Shown: one piece after another, positions 1 to 6,908 of the stretch
Numbering within the stretch: position 1 is the stretch's first letter
Layout of the letters: the number at the start of each line of letters is the position of its first letter
Notes under the pieces: model-generated
What the model was told of the DNA's origin: nothing
Database searches by the model: none
Seen by the model: the letters and a program-made list of their open reading frames with translations, nothing else
Origin: Paludibacteraceae bacterium
Lineage (GTDB): Bacteria > Bacteroidota > Bacteroidia > Bacteroidales > Paludibacteraceae
Reading direction: 5' to 3'
Assembly (NCBI GenBank): GCA_045589755.1
Contig: JAZNPR010000010.1
Coordinates: 11,439-75,438, forward strand
DNA: 64,000 nucleotides
Program-made: the position numbers and the translations under genes

Positions 1-56
1 ACATTGCTACAGATACTATGAGTTGGGTTTTTCTCATGTTGTGGGTCGTTTAGGGT

Positions 57-389
57 TTACGCTTCGTGCTCGTTCCATACAATGTGCCAGATGAAGCTAT
101 AGAGCGATTCATACTGGTTTTGTGCGCGGAAAGCTGCGCTGTCAGCTGCTTGCATAGAAGGGTCTTTCATGCGTTGGTGGGTAGCCTTGGACACGGCACC
201 GAACTTAGCTCGGCGTGCGAGTTCGGTTTCGGTGTATGGGTGGTTTTTGATGTCACGTTGACCAGTGACGGCGCATCCGCGTCGGCGTTTGCCGAAGGTT
301 CGAGTGACCGCGGTGAATCGTGACTTCTTGCCAAAGATTTTGCCTGAAGCGTTTTCGATAGGTGCGAGGTAAGTGATAGTTCCAGCCAT
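57..389 (-). CDS. small basic protein, paralog family copy 1 (function unknown)
   Basis: 110-aa ATG ORF with no signal peptide. Shares the blocks SGK-I/F (N-terminus), PY(T/S)ExELAxxAKFxAV and AAF(R/K)AQxxY...IW with ORF 437..742, and more distantly with 45812..46153 and 46289..46681. Confidence 0.6.
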   Translation of the reverse strand: MAGTITYLAPIENASGKIFGKKSRFTAVTRTFGKRRRGCAVTGQRDIKNHPYTETELARRAKFGAVSKATHQRMKDPSMQAADSAAFRAQNQYESLYSFIWHIVWNEHEA

Positions 390-436
390 CTTATTCGTTT
401 TAAGGTTTAAGGTTTAAGGTTGAAAGAGATGGGTGC

Positions 437-742
437 TTACGCAGTGTAAGCAGCCCACTCCAGTGCCCAGATGTACGAGCGGAAATTGTCGTACTTTTTC
501 TGTGCTTTGAACGCAGCCACATCTTCAGGTGCAGCGGTCTTGACGCGTGCAGCGGTGGAAGCTGCTACGGCTTTGAACTTAGCCTGATGTGCCAACTCCT
601 GCTCGGAGTAAGGCGAAGTGCGTTGGTTGCATCGCTTTTGGGTGTAGAGGGTGTTGCCTCGTTTCGCAAAAGAGATGTCAGAGTGACCGCAGATTTTACC
701 GGACATAGACTTGATTAAGTCCATAGGGGTGTACTTTGCCAT
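437..742 (-). CDS. small basic protein, paralog family copy 2 (function unknown)
   Basis: 101-aa ATG ORF. Clear paralog of 57..389 (same conserved blocks), co-directional and 47 bp upstream of it. Confidence 0.6.
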   Translation of the reverse strand: MAKYTPMDLIKSMSGKICGHSDISFAKRGNTLYTQKRCNQRTSPYSEQELAHQAKFKAVAASTAARVKTAAPEDVAAFKAQKKYDNFRSYIWALEWAAYTA

Positions 743-855
743 CTTGTCGGAAATAGGTTAAGGGTTAGGGTTTAGGGTTAATGGTTAGTATTTCAAAGAG
801 CTCTTTTGTCTTTTAGAGTGCACATGCTAGGCATGCTAGCACGGGCATTATATTG

Positions 856-927
856 TTGCGGGGGTGGGAATCGAACCCACGACTTTCTGCTGATGAGGCA
901 GTCACGCTACCGCTGCGTCACCCCGCT
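856..927 (-). tRNA. tRNA with CAU anticodon (Met/Ile2 class), atypical
   Basis: The reverse complement folds as a cloverleaf: AGCGGGG-TG-ACGC-AGCGGTA-GCGT-G-ACTGC-CTCATCA-GCAGA-AAGTC-GTGGG-TTCGATT-CCCAC-CCCCGCA-A. The D and T arms are perfect and CCA is not encoded. Odd points are an A1xA72 mismatch, an acceptor stem otherwise identical to E. coli tRNA-fMet, no GGG/CCC in the anticodon stem, and a pyrimidine (C) at position 37. Confidence 0.7.
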
Positions 928-969
928 ATACAATTGCAGCGCAACCCCGATGTTTTTCGAATTGCGCTG

Positions 970-977
970 CAAAGGTA
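970..977 (-). promoter_or_regulatory. Bacteroidota -7 box (TACCTTTG) upstream of the CAU tRNA
   Basis: The reverse complement of caaaggta is TACCTTTG, about 45 nt upstream of the tRNA 5' end. An 11-bp inverted repeat (ttgcagcgcaa/ttgcgctgcaa) lies between the box and the tRNA. Confidence 0.5.
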
Positions 978-1024
978 GTAATAAAATCGTTTTTTTGTTG
1001 GTCAAGCTTGCCCACTAATGCGAA

Positions 1025-1201
1025 TTATTTGCATTTTGCTTGATTACGCACGATTTTGCGGATAGAATCTTCATCCAAATCATATCTGTGAGCGCAAGCA
1101 GCATACGCCTGCATGGCGGGCATACCGTTGCGGAGGTGGGCGCAAAAATCCGCGTAAATCTCTCTGTTTCTCCATTCTATAGTCTTATTTCTACGGTACA
1201 T
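1025..1201 (-). CDS. small HTH protein, Mor / sigma-70 region-4-like (58 aa)
   Basis: ORF below the 60-aa track cutoff: MYRRNKTIEWRNREIYADFCAHLRNGMPAMQAYAACAHRYDLDEDSIRKIVRNQAKCK. The pattern RNxEIxxxF...AY...A..Y.L....IRKIV resembles Mor-type activators. ATG at 1201, TAA at 1025-1027. Confidence 0.45.
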   Translation of the reverse strand: MYRRNKTIEWRNREIYADFCAHLRNGMPAMQAYAACAHRYDLDEDSIRKIVRNQAKCK

Positions 1202-1203
1202 AA

Positions 1204-1229
1204 AAACGGTCGTTTGTTTGGTACATAAA
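1204..1229. repeat. left copy of a 26-bp inverted repeat (partner at 5886..5911)
   Basis: aaacggtcgtttgtttggtacataaa is the exact reverse complement of 5886..5911. The sequence is itself hairpin-prone (GTACC..AAAC/GTTT..GGTAC). Confidence 0.8.
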
Positions 1230-1246
1230 TTTAACTTTCGTTTTAT

Positions 1247-1279
1247 CCCGAAGATACCCCGAAGATACCCCGAAGATAG
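1247..1279. repeat. 3 x 11-bp tandem repeat (CCCGAAGATAC)
   Basis: cccgaagatac cccgaagatac cccgaagatag read directly. Iteron-like, next to the AT-rich region. Confidence 0.9.
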
Positions 1280-1282
1280 AGC

Positions 1283-1390
1283 ATGAAAAGACCATCGCTA
1301 ACATACGCTTTAATCTCCATTTTGCTGACTGCGATTTACGCCCTCATTTATGGCGCTATTCAGTTAGTCAAGTGGCTAATCGGCTGTTAA
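1283..1390 (+). CDS. possible 35-aa hydrophobic membrane peptide
   Basis: ATG ORF MKRPSLTYALISILLTAIYALIYGAIQLVKWLIGC, one predicted TM helix. There is no other support. Confidence 0.25.
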   Translation: MKRPSLTYALISILLTAIYALIYGAIQLVKWLIGC

Positions 1391-1409
1391 TATATTTTTA
1401 CTTTTTCGA

Positions 1410-1617
1410 CTATCACACTATCACATTATCACATATTTTTATGAGTGAATTTCTTCTCCATACTGCCCGACTGCTCAAAACATACTTTTTCAAAATCGGC
1501 GATTTTTTAGGGGAATTTAGGGTAGTATATAATTATATACTTAGTATATATTATATTTTTTTCGACCGATACGCCATTCGACACATTTTTTTGTGTGATA
1601 GTGTGATAGTGTGATAG
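1410..1617. other. ori-like region: AT-rich core flanked by inverted TGTGATAG-type iterons
   Basis: The left arm is ctatcacactatcacattatcaca (1410-1433). The right arm is tgtgtgatagtgtgatagtgtgatag (1592-1617), in inverted orientation. The core contains tagtatataattatatacttagtatatattatattttttt. The ORF 1372..1614 on the track is low-complexity and unlikely to be coding. Confidence 0.35.
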
Positions 1618-1655
1618 TAGCCCAATCGACATTCTAATTACTAATTTTTATTAAT

Positions 1656-2016
1656 ATGAAAACGCAAATCACCCCCCCAGTCTGCGAAAATTAACTACGG
1701 CGATGTAATCGCTTCTCTTCGCAACTCTCTCGCGCAGGCGCAATGCGCGCTCAGCCAATTACAACACATTAGCGCGTCAGCGCAATTCTTTCCTGCCAAC
1801 GACTATCGGCGTATCTACATCGAAGTCAAGGCGCACGCCAAAATCGGGCAAACCTTTCCCGCTCCTTTTTCTTCTTATTCTGAACTTGCCGACCTACTTA
1901 CGCCTATTGTAGGCTGGGCGGTTGATGCAGCTTGCTTGCAGTCGTTTTTCTATCGTGCAAGCACAAAAAACACACTCCAGAACGACATTTCCCGCCGTGC
2001 TAATCAGTTAAAATAG
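1656..2016 (+). pseudogene. hypothetical gene interrupted by a +1 frameshift at a C7 homopolymer
   Basis: The ATG at 1656 reads MKTQITPPVCEN and stops at 1692. The +1 frame is open from 1660 to the TAG at 2014-2016 (112 codons: QSAKINYGDVIASLRNSLAQAQCALSQLQH...RRANQLK) and has no ATG, and no GTG/TTG until a TTG near 1934. The two frames join at CCCCCCC (1672-1678), and removing one C would fuse them. Confidence 0.5.
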
Positions 2017-2024
2017 CACTATTC

Positions 2025-2067
2025 AAGCAAACGCTTGCGATTTCGTAGATTTCGCAAGCATTTGCTT
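2025..2067 (+). terminator. 16-bp-stem hairpin after the frameshifted ORF
   Basis: aagcaaacgcttgcga (2025-2040) pairs with tcgcaagcatttgctt (2052-2067) with one mismatch and an 11-nt loop. The downstream T tract is weak. Confidence 0.35.
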
Positions 2068-2090
2068 TCTTACGCCCCGTAAAATCCCAC

Positions 2091-2098
2091 TACCTTTG
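2091..2098 (+). promoter_or_regulatory. -7 box TACCTTTG for the DUF3127 operon
   Basis: Exact TAnnTTTG match 58 nt upstream of the ATG at 2156. Confidence 0.55.
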
Positions 2099-2155
2099 CA
2101 CCCGATTTCAATGCGCAACGAAATCCGCAATGTTTAACTATTAATTTTTAACAAC

Positions 2156-2428
2156 ATGGATTTTACAGGAATTATCAAACACATCGGACAGATCGAGCAG
2201 TTTGAGACCAAGAACGGCACTACGTGTCTTACCCGCGACATCGTCCTAGAAACGGACGAGCAGTACCCACGTTCCGCATGCGTTACGCTTCGTAACGACA
2301 TTGCCCAGTCTTTCAACCTCAATATCGGGCAGCGCGCACACGTGAGTTTCGACCTCTACGCACGCCCTAACAAAGAGGGTACACGCTATTTCAATCAACT
2401 CACCGCATGGCGTATCACACCATGCTAA
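2156..2428 (+). CDS. DUF3127-family protein (OB-fold, ssDNA-binding-like)
   Basis: The 90-aa sequence MDFTGIIKHIGQIEQFETKNGTTCLTRDIVLETDEQYPRSACVTL... matches the DUF3127 pattern I recall (ITGKI...G.SKNG..W.KQ..VLET.DQYPRK.cF.lw). Confidence 0.7.
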   Translation: MDFTGIIKHIGQIEQFETKNGTTCLTRDIVLETDEQYPRSACVTLRNDIAQSFNLNIGQRAHVSFDLYARPNKEGTRYFNQLTAWRITPC

Positions 2429-2439
2429 CGCACACTACT

Positions 2440-2949
2440 ATGACTACTAAGAAGAAACACGTGGAACTTCCACAATCACAAATGATGGGCGCGACCACTC
2501 ATTTCGCGCAAATCGACAACGAACTAACCCAGTACATGCGTTTCAGACGTGAGAACAAAGACCCTGACAACGAACTGCCTCTTATTAATCTGCCATTCGA
2601 TAAGGCGCTCAAGGGTTCTGTCACTTTCCAGCGTGACCCATCTGTCAAGAACGGTAAGTACATTCGCCAAGTCATTCGCCTTTACAAGAAGACCACCGCC
2701 AAGCGTTCGGCTTCAATTCTCGAAACGCGCTATTCCAAAGTGCGCGTAAGTAACTCACGCGTAACGGTTACTATGTCTTTCCCACTTTGCGACGACCCTA
2801 CGCGCCTCAAAGCGCGCATGCAGAATTTCGCCAATATCATCGTGGATGAATCGGATGAGATTGCTGCACTGCTCAACCAAGAGGGCGATGTCAAGGTGCA
2901 AGAAGCATGGCAGAACCTCACAACTAAAGAGGAGGAGGGCGAACTATGA
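2440..2949 (+). CDS. hypothetical protein
   Basis: The ORF is open from 2407. The start at 2440 (MTTKKKHVEL) avoids overlap with the upstream stop. The stop overlaps the next ATG (ATGA). No recognisable domain. Confidence 0.55.
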   Translation: MTTKKKHVELPQSQMMGATTHFAQIDNELTQYMRFRRENKDPDNELPLINLPFDKALKGSVTFQRDPSVKNGKYIRQVIRLYKKTTAKRSASILETRYSKVRVSNSRVTVTMSFPLCDDPTRLKARMQNFANIIVDESDEIAALLNQEGDVKVQEAWQNLTTKEEEGEL

Positions 2950-3065
2950 TAGGCGTATATCTTATCGGATTCCTATTTGGATTTGGTGCTGCTATGGCAA
3001 TCGGTTATTTGTCTATTAAGTTGAATAATAAAGACAAGAAAGGAGGCAACCATGATCAATGTTGA
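2946..3065 (+). CDS. possible 39-aa membrane peptide
   Basis: MIGVYLIGFLFGFGAAMAIGYLSIKLNNKDKKGGNHDQC. The ATG overlaps the upstream TGA (translational coupling), and there is one TM helix. Confidence 0.3.
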   Translation: MIGVYLIGFLFGFGAAMAIGYLSIKLNNKDKKGGNHDQC

Positions 3066-3268
3066 TGCAACCGTCATGCTGTTTTCAGACAGCCAAACAA
3101 CAACGCGCTTCTGCCTACCACCGTGGCGAACCTGCTGATGTTATTGCTTTGCTCGTTGTCGCTGGCGTAGATGACCCTGCTTTCGGGCAAATGATTTTGC
3201 ACGCTTCTTTACGTATCTGTGATGAGTTAGAGAAACGTGGGGTAAAGGAGATACCCGCCGAAACATAA
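3059..3268 (+). CDS. small hypothetical protein, paralog of 3356..3565
   Basis: The shared block AYHRGEPADVIALLVVAGVDDPAFGQMILHAS aligns with FYHGSDTNIAMMLAIVAHADKRFARILDMAN. Confidence 0.5.
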   Translation: MLMQPSCCFQTAKQQRASAYHRGEPADVIALLVVAGVDDPAFGQMILHASLRICDELEKRGVKEIPAET

Positions 3269-3355
3269 CATTTTTCCACGAGCGGGGAGTTCTGCTGCGA
3301 ACACCTTCGGGCGTTTACTCCCTGCTTATTTATTAACTTTTAAGTATCTACTATT

Positions 3356-3565
3356 ATGGCTAAAAAAGATAACCTTCTGAGGATTACAGGCGATGCGCAC
3401 ATCGCATTCAATATCCTTAAAAAAGAAAACGAACAATCGCTTTTCTATCACGGGTCAGATACCAACATCGCTATGATGCTCGCTATCGTAGCACATGCTG
3501 ACAAGCGTTTTGCCCGTATCCTTGATATGGCGAACCATATCACCATCGAAATCCCTAATTCATAA
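3356..3565 (+). CDS. small hypothetical protein, paralog of 3059..3268
   Basis: 69-aa ATG ORF in tandem with its paralog. Confidence 0.55.
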   Translation: MAKKDNLLRITGDAHIAFNILKKENEQSLFYHGSDTNIAMMLAIVAHADKRFARILDMANHITIEIPNS

Positions 3566-3587
3566 TTCTTAATTCATAATTACTACT

Positions 3588-5879
3588 ATGTTTCCTAGAA
3601 TTTGCATACAAGATTCTATTATCGCGGGTACACCGCGCCCAGTCCTTTGGGCAGACATCGAGGCTGCCATGCGACAACCCTCTGTCCAAGACATCTGCGA
3701 TAAAATCAAACTCCTTGACGGCAAAGACCCCAACGAGATGGCACTACTCAAAAAGCACCTACCTATCATCACGCCACACACTTGCCGCTTCCGTGGCGAT
3801 GGCGCGCGTAGGTCATCCAATGCCGTCCCATCGGGACTGGTCATGCTCGACATCGACCACATCGACGACCCTCGCGAGTTCTTCTCACGTTGGATTGCTC
3901 CACAACTCACCGCTGAGAACAAAATTTACTTCGTAGCCATCACACCAAGCGGTCACGGCATACGCGTAATCGCCGAGCGCGAGCCAGAAGAAACTATCTC
4001 AGCCGCACAAAATCGCCTTGCCACTTGGTTCTGCCTCACCGAGTTCGATGCCGTCACCAAAGACCTGGCACGCGCGTCCTACCTCATGCCTTGGTCGTAT
4101 GTCCTCTATTGCGAACCTACTGGGCTCAACTTCGATACAGCCGAACGCGAAGCCGTTGTTACCGCCCATTTCGCGCAACTCGAAACCAACTCTCACACTA
4201 TCACACTATCACAACAAAATGTGAGCGAAACACCCGCTTCGAGCGAAGCGAACTTCAAGCAACGCGATCTGCCAACTACAGGCGAAGCCGACCCCACCTT
4301 TCGCGGCATACCATACAGCGCTATCATCTCCGAGCTGGAAAATCTCCTTGGCGGGGCACCTGCAATGGGTGAGCGAAACCAATTTTATTTCACAATGGTA
4401 CGTTACATGCGCTATATCTGCGATTTCAATGCAGACAAGTGTGTAGCCGTCCTGCCTGATTATGGACTTTCTATAGGCGAGCGCCATGCCACAGCCATGT
4501 CCTCTGTCAATCGACCACGCAAAGGTGACATGCCCGAACTACTCAACCGCGCCATTACCACCGCCGAACACGCCAATAGCGAAGCCGAGAAAGAAAACTC
4601 CCTTCCTTCTAGGGAGGGGTTGGGGGTAGGCTTACCGCCATTACCTCGCGTACTCGAACTAATTTGCCGTCGCTTGCCTGAGCCTTTCCGCCCTGCCATG
4701 GTCATTGCTGCCTTGCCTATCCTTGGCGCGTTGGCTACACGCGTGCGCTTTCAGTACCTCGACAAGCAGGAGCACTCCTTCTCCTTCATGTCATGTATCA
4801 CCGCGCCAGCGGCTACAGGTAAGTCCTTTATCCGCAAGCCCGTCAATCTTCTACTAACCCCTATTGACCGACAAGATGAACTCGAACGAAAACGAGAGGA
4901 GGAGTACAAAGAGGCTCTGCGAGCAGCCAAAAACTCCAAGATGCAACCTACCAACCCACGCGCCTGCCCACGCAACAACGGTATTAACGTATCCATCGCC
5001 AAACTGCTACAACTCCTTGCATATTCCGATGGAAAGCACCTTATCGGCATTGGCGAGGAGATTGATACTTTGGTTAAGTCCGAGCGTGCAGGGGTATGGT
5101 CACAGAAGTCAGATATCTATCGTCTTGGCTTCGACAATGCCAAGTACGGACAAAACTACATGTCTGACAATTCATTCTCTGCCAATGTGCCTGTTTTCTA
5201 CAACCTTCTTCTCACAGGAACTCCTGGGGGTATGTATCGTTTCTTTAAGGATGTCGAAGACGGACTTGTTACCCGTTTTTGCTTTGCGCAATTACCCGAT
5301 ATGTTTGGCAGTGACATCCCAGCCTTTGAGAACTATACCGAAGCAGAGGAGCGTGAGATCATTGATATAGCCGAGTGTTTGGATAAGGCGGCTGGTACCA
5401 TTGCATGTTCGCATGTAGGTGTGCGTATTCGTAGGTGGTTGAATGAGAAGCGTGATTTGGCAATACGCGAGGATAGTCGTGCGGTGGACACCTTGCGCAA
5501 GCGTGCTGCTGTGATTGGCTATCGTGCGGGCATGTTGGCTTACCTGCTCAATGAGTGTGTGTATGAGAAGTCGGTGGGTGAGTTCACTACATGGGTAGCG
5601 GAGTATGTGTTCCAAAATCAAATGCAGCTGTTTGGCAGTAAGTTTGAGGAGGTAGCGCAGAGCCAGTTAGTGATGAATGAGCGCAAGAGTTGTGTTGTGT
5701 CTTTGTTACAGCAGTTGCCTGAGCAGTTTACGAGAAACGAGTTGATGGCATTGCGTGCAAGGAATGGTCAGAGTACGAGGGTGGACATGGTCATAAGCCG
5801 TTGGAAGTCTTCGGGCTTCATCACGCAAGTGGACAAAACCACCTACAAAAAGACCCCAAAAGCTCACCTCCCAAAATAA
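3588..5879 (+). CDS. VirE-N (BT4734-like) / PriCT-like / DUF3987 primase-helicase-like replication protein
   Basis: 763 aa. The N-terminus (LPIITPHTCRFRGDGARRSSNAVPSGLVMLDIDHIDDP...ITPSGHGIRVI) looks like the VirE N-terminal domain. The central GERNQFYFTMVRYMRYI is PriCT-like. The C-terminal half has a P-loop-like APAATGKSF and looks DUF3987-like. This combination is typical of Bacteroidota mobile elements. Confidence 0.7.
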   Translation: MFPRICIQDSIIAGTPRPVLWADIEAAMRQPSVQDICDKIKLLDGKDPNEMALLKKHLPIITPHTCRFRGDGARRSSNAVPSGLVMLDIDHIDDPREFFSRWIAPQLTAENKIYFVAITPSGHGIRVIAEREPEETISAAQNRLATWFCLTEFDAVTKDLARASYLMPWSYVLYCEPTGLNFDTAEREAVVTAHFAQLETNSHTITLSQQNVSETPASSEANFKQRDLPTTGEADPTFRGIPYSAIISELENLLGGAPAMGERNQFYFTMVRYMRYICDFNADKCVAVLPDYGLSIGERHATAMSSVNRPRKGDMPELLNRAITTAEHANSEAEKENSLPSREGLGVGLPPLPRVLELICRRLPEPFRPAMVIAALPILGALATRVRFQYLDKQEHSFSFMSCITAPAATGKSFIRKPVNLLLTPIDRQDELERKREEEYKEALRAAKNSKMQPTNPRACPRNNGINVSIAKLLQLLAYSDGKHLIGIGEEIDTLVKSERAGVWSQKSDIYRLGFDNAKYGQNYMSDNSFSANVPVFYNLLLTGTPGGMYRFFKDVEDGLVTRFCFAQLPDMFGSDIPAFENYTEAEEREIIDIAECLDKAAGTIACSHVGVRIRRWLNEKRDLAIREDSRAVDTLRKRAAVIGYRAGMLAYLLNECVYEKSVGEFTTWVAEYVFQNQMQLFGSKFEEVAQSQLVMNERKSCVVSLLQQLPEQFTRNELMALRARNGQSTRVDMVISRWKSSGFITQVDKTTYKKTPKAHLPK
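4194..4213. repeat. CACACTATCACA iteron copy inside the replication-protein CDS
   Basis: cacactatcacactatcaca is translated in frame as SHTITLSQ in the linker between the N-terminal and central domains. It is the same word as at 1410-1433, 1592-1617 and 6027-6046. Confidence 0.8.
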
Positions 5880-5885
5880 CCATTT

Positions 5886-5911
5886 TTTATGTACCAAACA
5901 AACGACCGTTT
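5886..5911. repeat. right copy of the 26-bp inverted repeat (partner at 1204..1229)
   Basis: tttatgtaccaaacaaacgaccgttt is an exact reverse complement of the left copy. It lies 7 nt after the stop of the replication gene. Confidence 0.8.
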
Positions 5912-5930
5912 GGGTGGTACATTCCGAGTG

Positions 5931-5938
5931 CAAAGGTA
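5931..5938 (-). promoter_or_regulatory. orphan minus-strand -7 box (TACCTTTG) facing the 3' end of the replication gene
   Basis: The reverse complement of caaaggta, with upstream context gcatatatgcgatattttttgTACCTTTG identical in style to the genuine promoters here. No minus-strand CDS follows. Confidence 0.35.
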
Positions 5939-6026
5939 CAAAAAATATCGCATATATGCAAATAAAATCAACAAAAAAAATACACAGAAGATACACAGAA
6001 AATAACATAATAGACACACGTACTCC

Positions 6027-6046
6027 CACACTACCACACTATCACA
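6027..6046. repeat. CACACTA(T/C)CACA iteron copy
   Basis: cacactaccacactatcaca read directly. Confidence 0.8.
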
Positions 6047-6152
6047 TAAAAAAATGCGTTGAAGAGTTGTTTTTTTCTGTTTACACATAATACTTAATCT
6101 TATTTTTATTTAGATTTCTGCGCGCAGCGCAAGGAGATAAATTTATATACCT

Positions 6153-6272
6153 ATGCTACAAATTCATAAATGCCTCAAATGCGGTAACGAGTTTCCGGCA
6201 GGCGGTTTCATTGCAGAGCCATTGCCCAAATGCCCGCACTGCGGGAGCCGCCTAACCCGTCCGAAGTTATAA
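6153..6272 (+). CDS. possible 39-aa zinc-ribbon protein
   Basis: MLQIHKCLKCGNEFPAGGFIAEPLPKCPHCGSRLTRPKL has two CxxC pairs. It is below the track cutoff. Confidence 0.4.
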   Translation: MLQIHKCLKCGNEFPAGGFIAEPLPKCPHCGSRLTRPKL

Positions 6273-6310
6273 AAATGACAAATACTCTTGCAGGAATAGA
6301 AAATTATTTG

Positions 6311-6318
6311 TAACTTTG
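6311..6318 (+). promoter_or_regulatory. -7 box TAACTTTG
   Basis: Exact TAnnTTTG match 20 nt upstream of the ATG at 6338. Confidence 0.5.
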
Positions 6319-6337
6319 CCGAAAAATATCAAAGCAG

Positions 6338-6766
6338 ATGAAAACAACCAAATTTCTCTACACATGCTGTATGTTGCTTGGTATGCTGCTCCTTGGCGGG
6401 CAGACACTACAAGCACAAAACACTCGAATGGTGCAAGTAGCCAACGAGATAGTGCGCATCAACCCACAGAAAGCTAATCAAATCGACTACTCCACCAACG
6501 GCGGACGCACATGGATGTCACGCTATTCAGGTTCTTCGTGTGGCGAGTTTATTGACCTTGTCCACTACAACAACGAACTCATTGCCATTACTACCAAAGG
6601 CATCTATTACTCCACCAATAGCGGACGCACATGGATGAGTAGATACACAGGGACCTCTTGCGGCAAGTTCCTCTCCCTGATGAACAATGGTAAGGAACTT
6701 CTGGCTCAAACCGACAAAGGGCTCTACTATTCTACCAATAGCGGACGTACATGGATGAGGAGATAA
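6338..6766 (+). CDS. secreted protein with three BNR/Asp-box-like repeats
   Basis: Signal peptide (LLLGGQTLQAQ). Three ~38-aa repeats each contain YSTN(G/S)GRTWMSRY(S/T)G(S/T)SCG, which fits the Asp-box pattern S-x-D/N-x-G-x-T-W. Confidence 0.65.
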   Translation: MKTTKFLYTCCMLLGMLLLGGQTLQAQNTRMVQVANEIVRINPQKANQIDYSTNGGRTWMSRYSGSSCGEFIDLVHYNNELIAITTKGIYYSTNSGRTWMSRYTGTSCGKFLSLMNNGKELLAQTDKGLYYSTNSGRTWMRR

Positions 6767-6890
6767 ACACTATCAAAAATATCATATCTTTTGCGCCCCA
6801 GAAAGTTTATTGGGGCGCAAGTTATTTATATTGTTTTCTTCAAAAACTAAACTTTTATTCGTTTTTCTTGCTTTTCTACATTTTTTTTCG

Positions 6891-6898
6891 TACCTTTG
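6891..6898 (+). promoter_or_regulatory. -7 box TACCTTTG for recJ
   Basis: Exact match 11 nt upstream of the ATG at 6909. This argues that the 33 N-terminal codons of track ORF 6810.. are not translated. Confidence 0.55.
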
Positions 6899-6908
6899 CA
6901 GCCGAATC

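Noticed and set aside
745-795. Telomere-like TTAGGG/TTTAGGG repeats (ggttaagggttagggtttagggttaatggttag).
   Set aside because: This is a short tract in the 5' leader of a minus-strand gene in a bacterial-type genome. It is one of many AT-rich word-repeat leaders here and is not a chromosome end.
806-1018. ORF 806..1018 (+).
   Set aside because: It overlaps the minus-strand tRNA and its promoter and hairpin. The translation is Cys-rich nonsense.
1372-1614. ORF 1372..1614 (+), 80 aa.
   Set aside because: It lies entirely within the iteron/AT-rich ori-like DNA. The sequence is dominated by F/Y/I codons coming from AT-rich repeats.
6810-6908. N-terminal extensions of track ORFs for recJ, priA (16012), glgB (26893), the response regulator (15159), the nuclease (26928), the exosortase-like gene (43558), the 2237-aa protein (53364) and the LysM protein (38449).
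   Set aside because: For recJ, priA and glgB the extension runs through a TAnnTTTG promoter box; the LysM and 2237-aa extensions overlap the upstream gene. All translate to non-conserved junk. An internal Met gives a canonical N-terminus or signal peptide.
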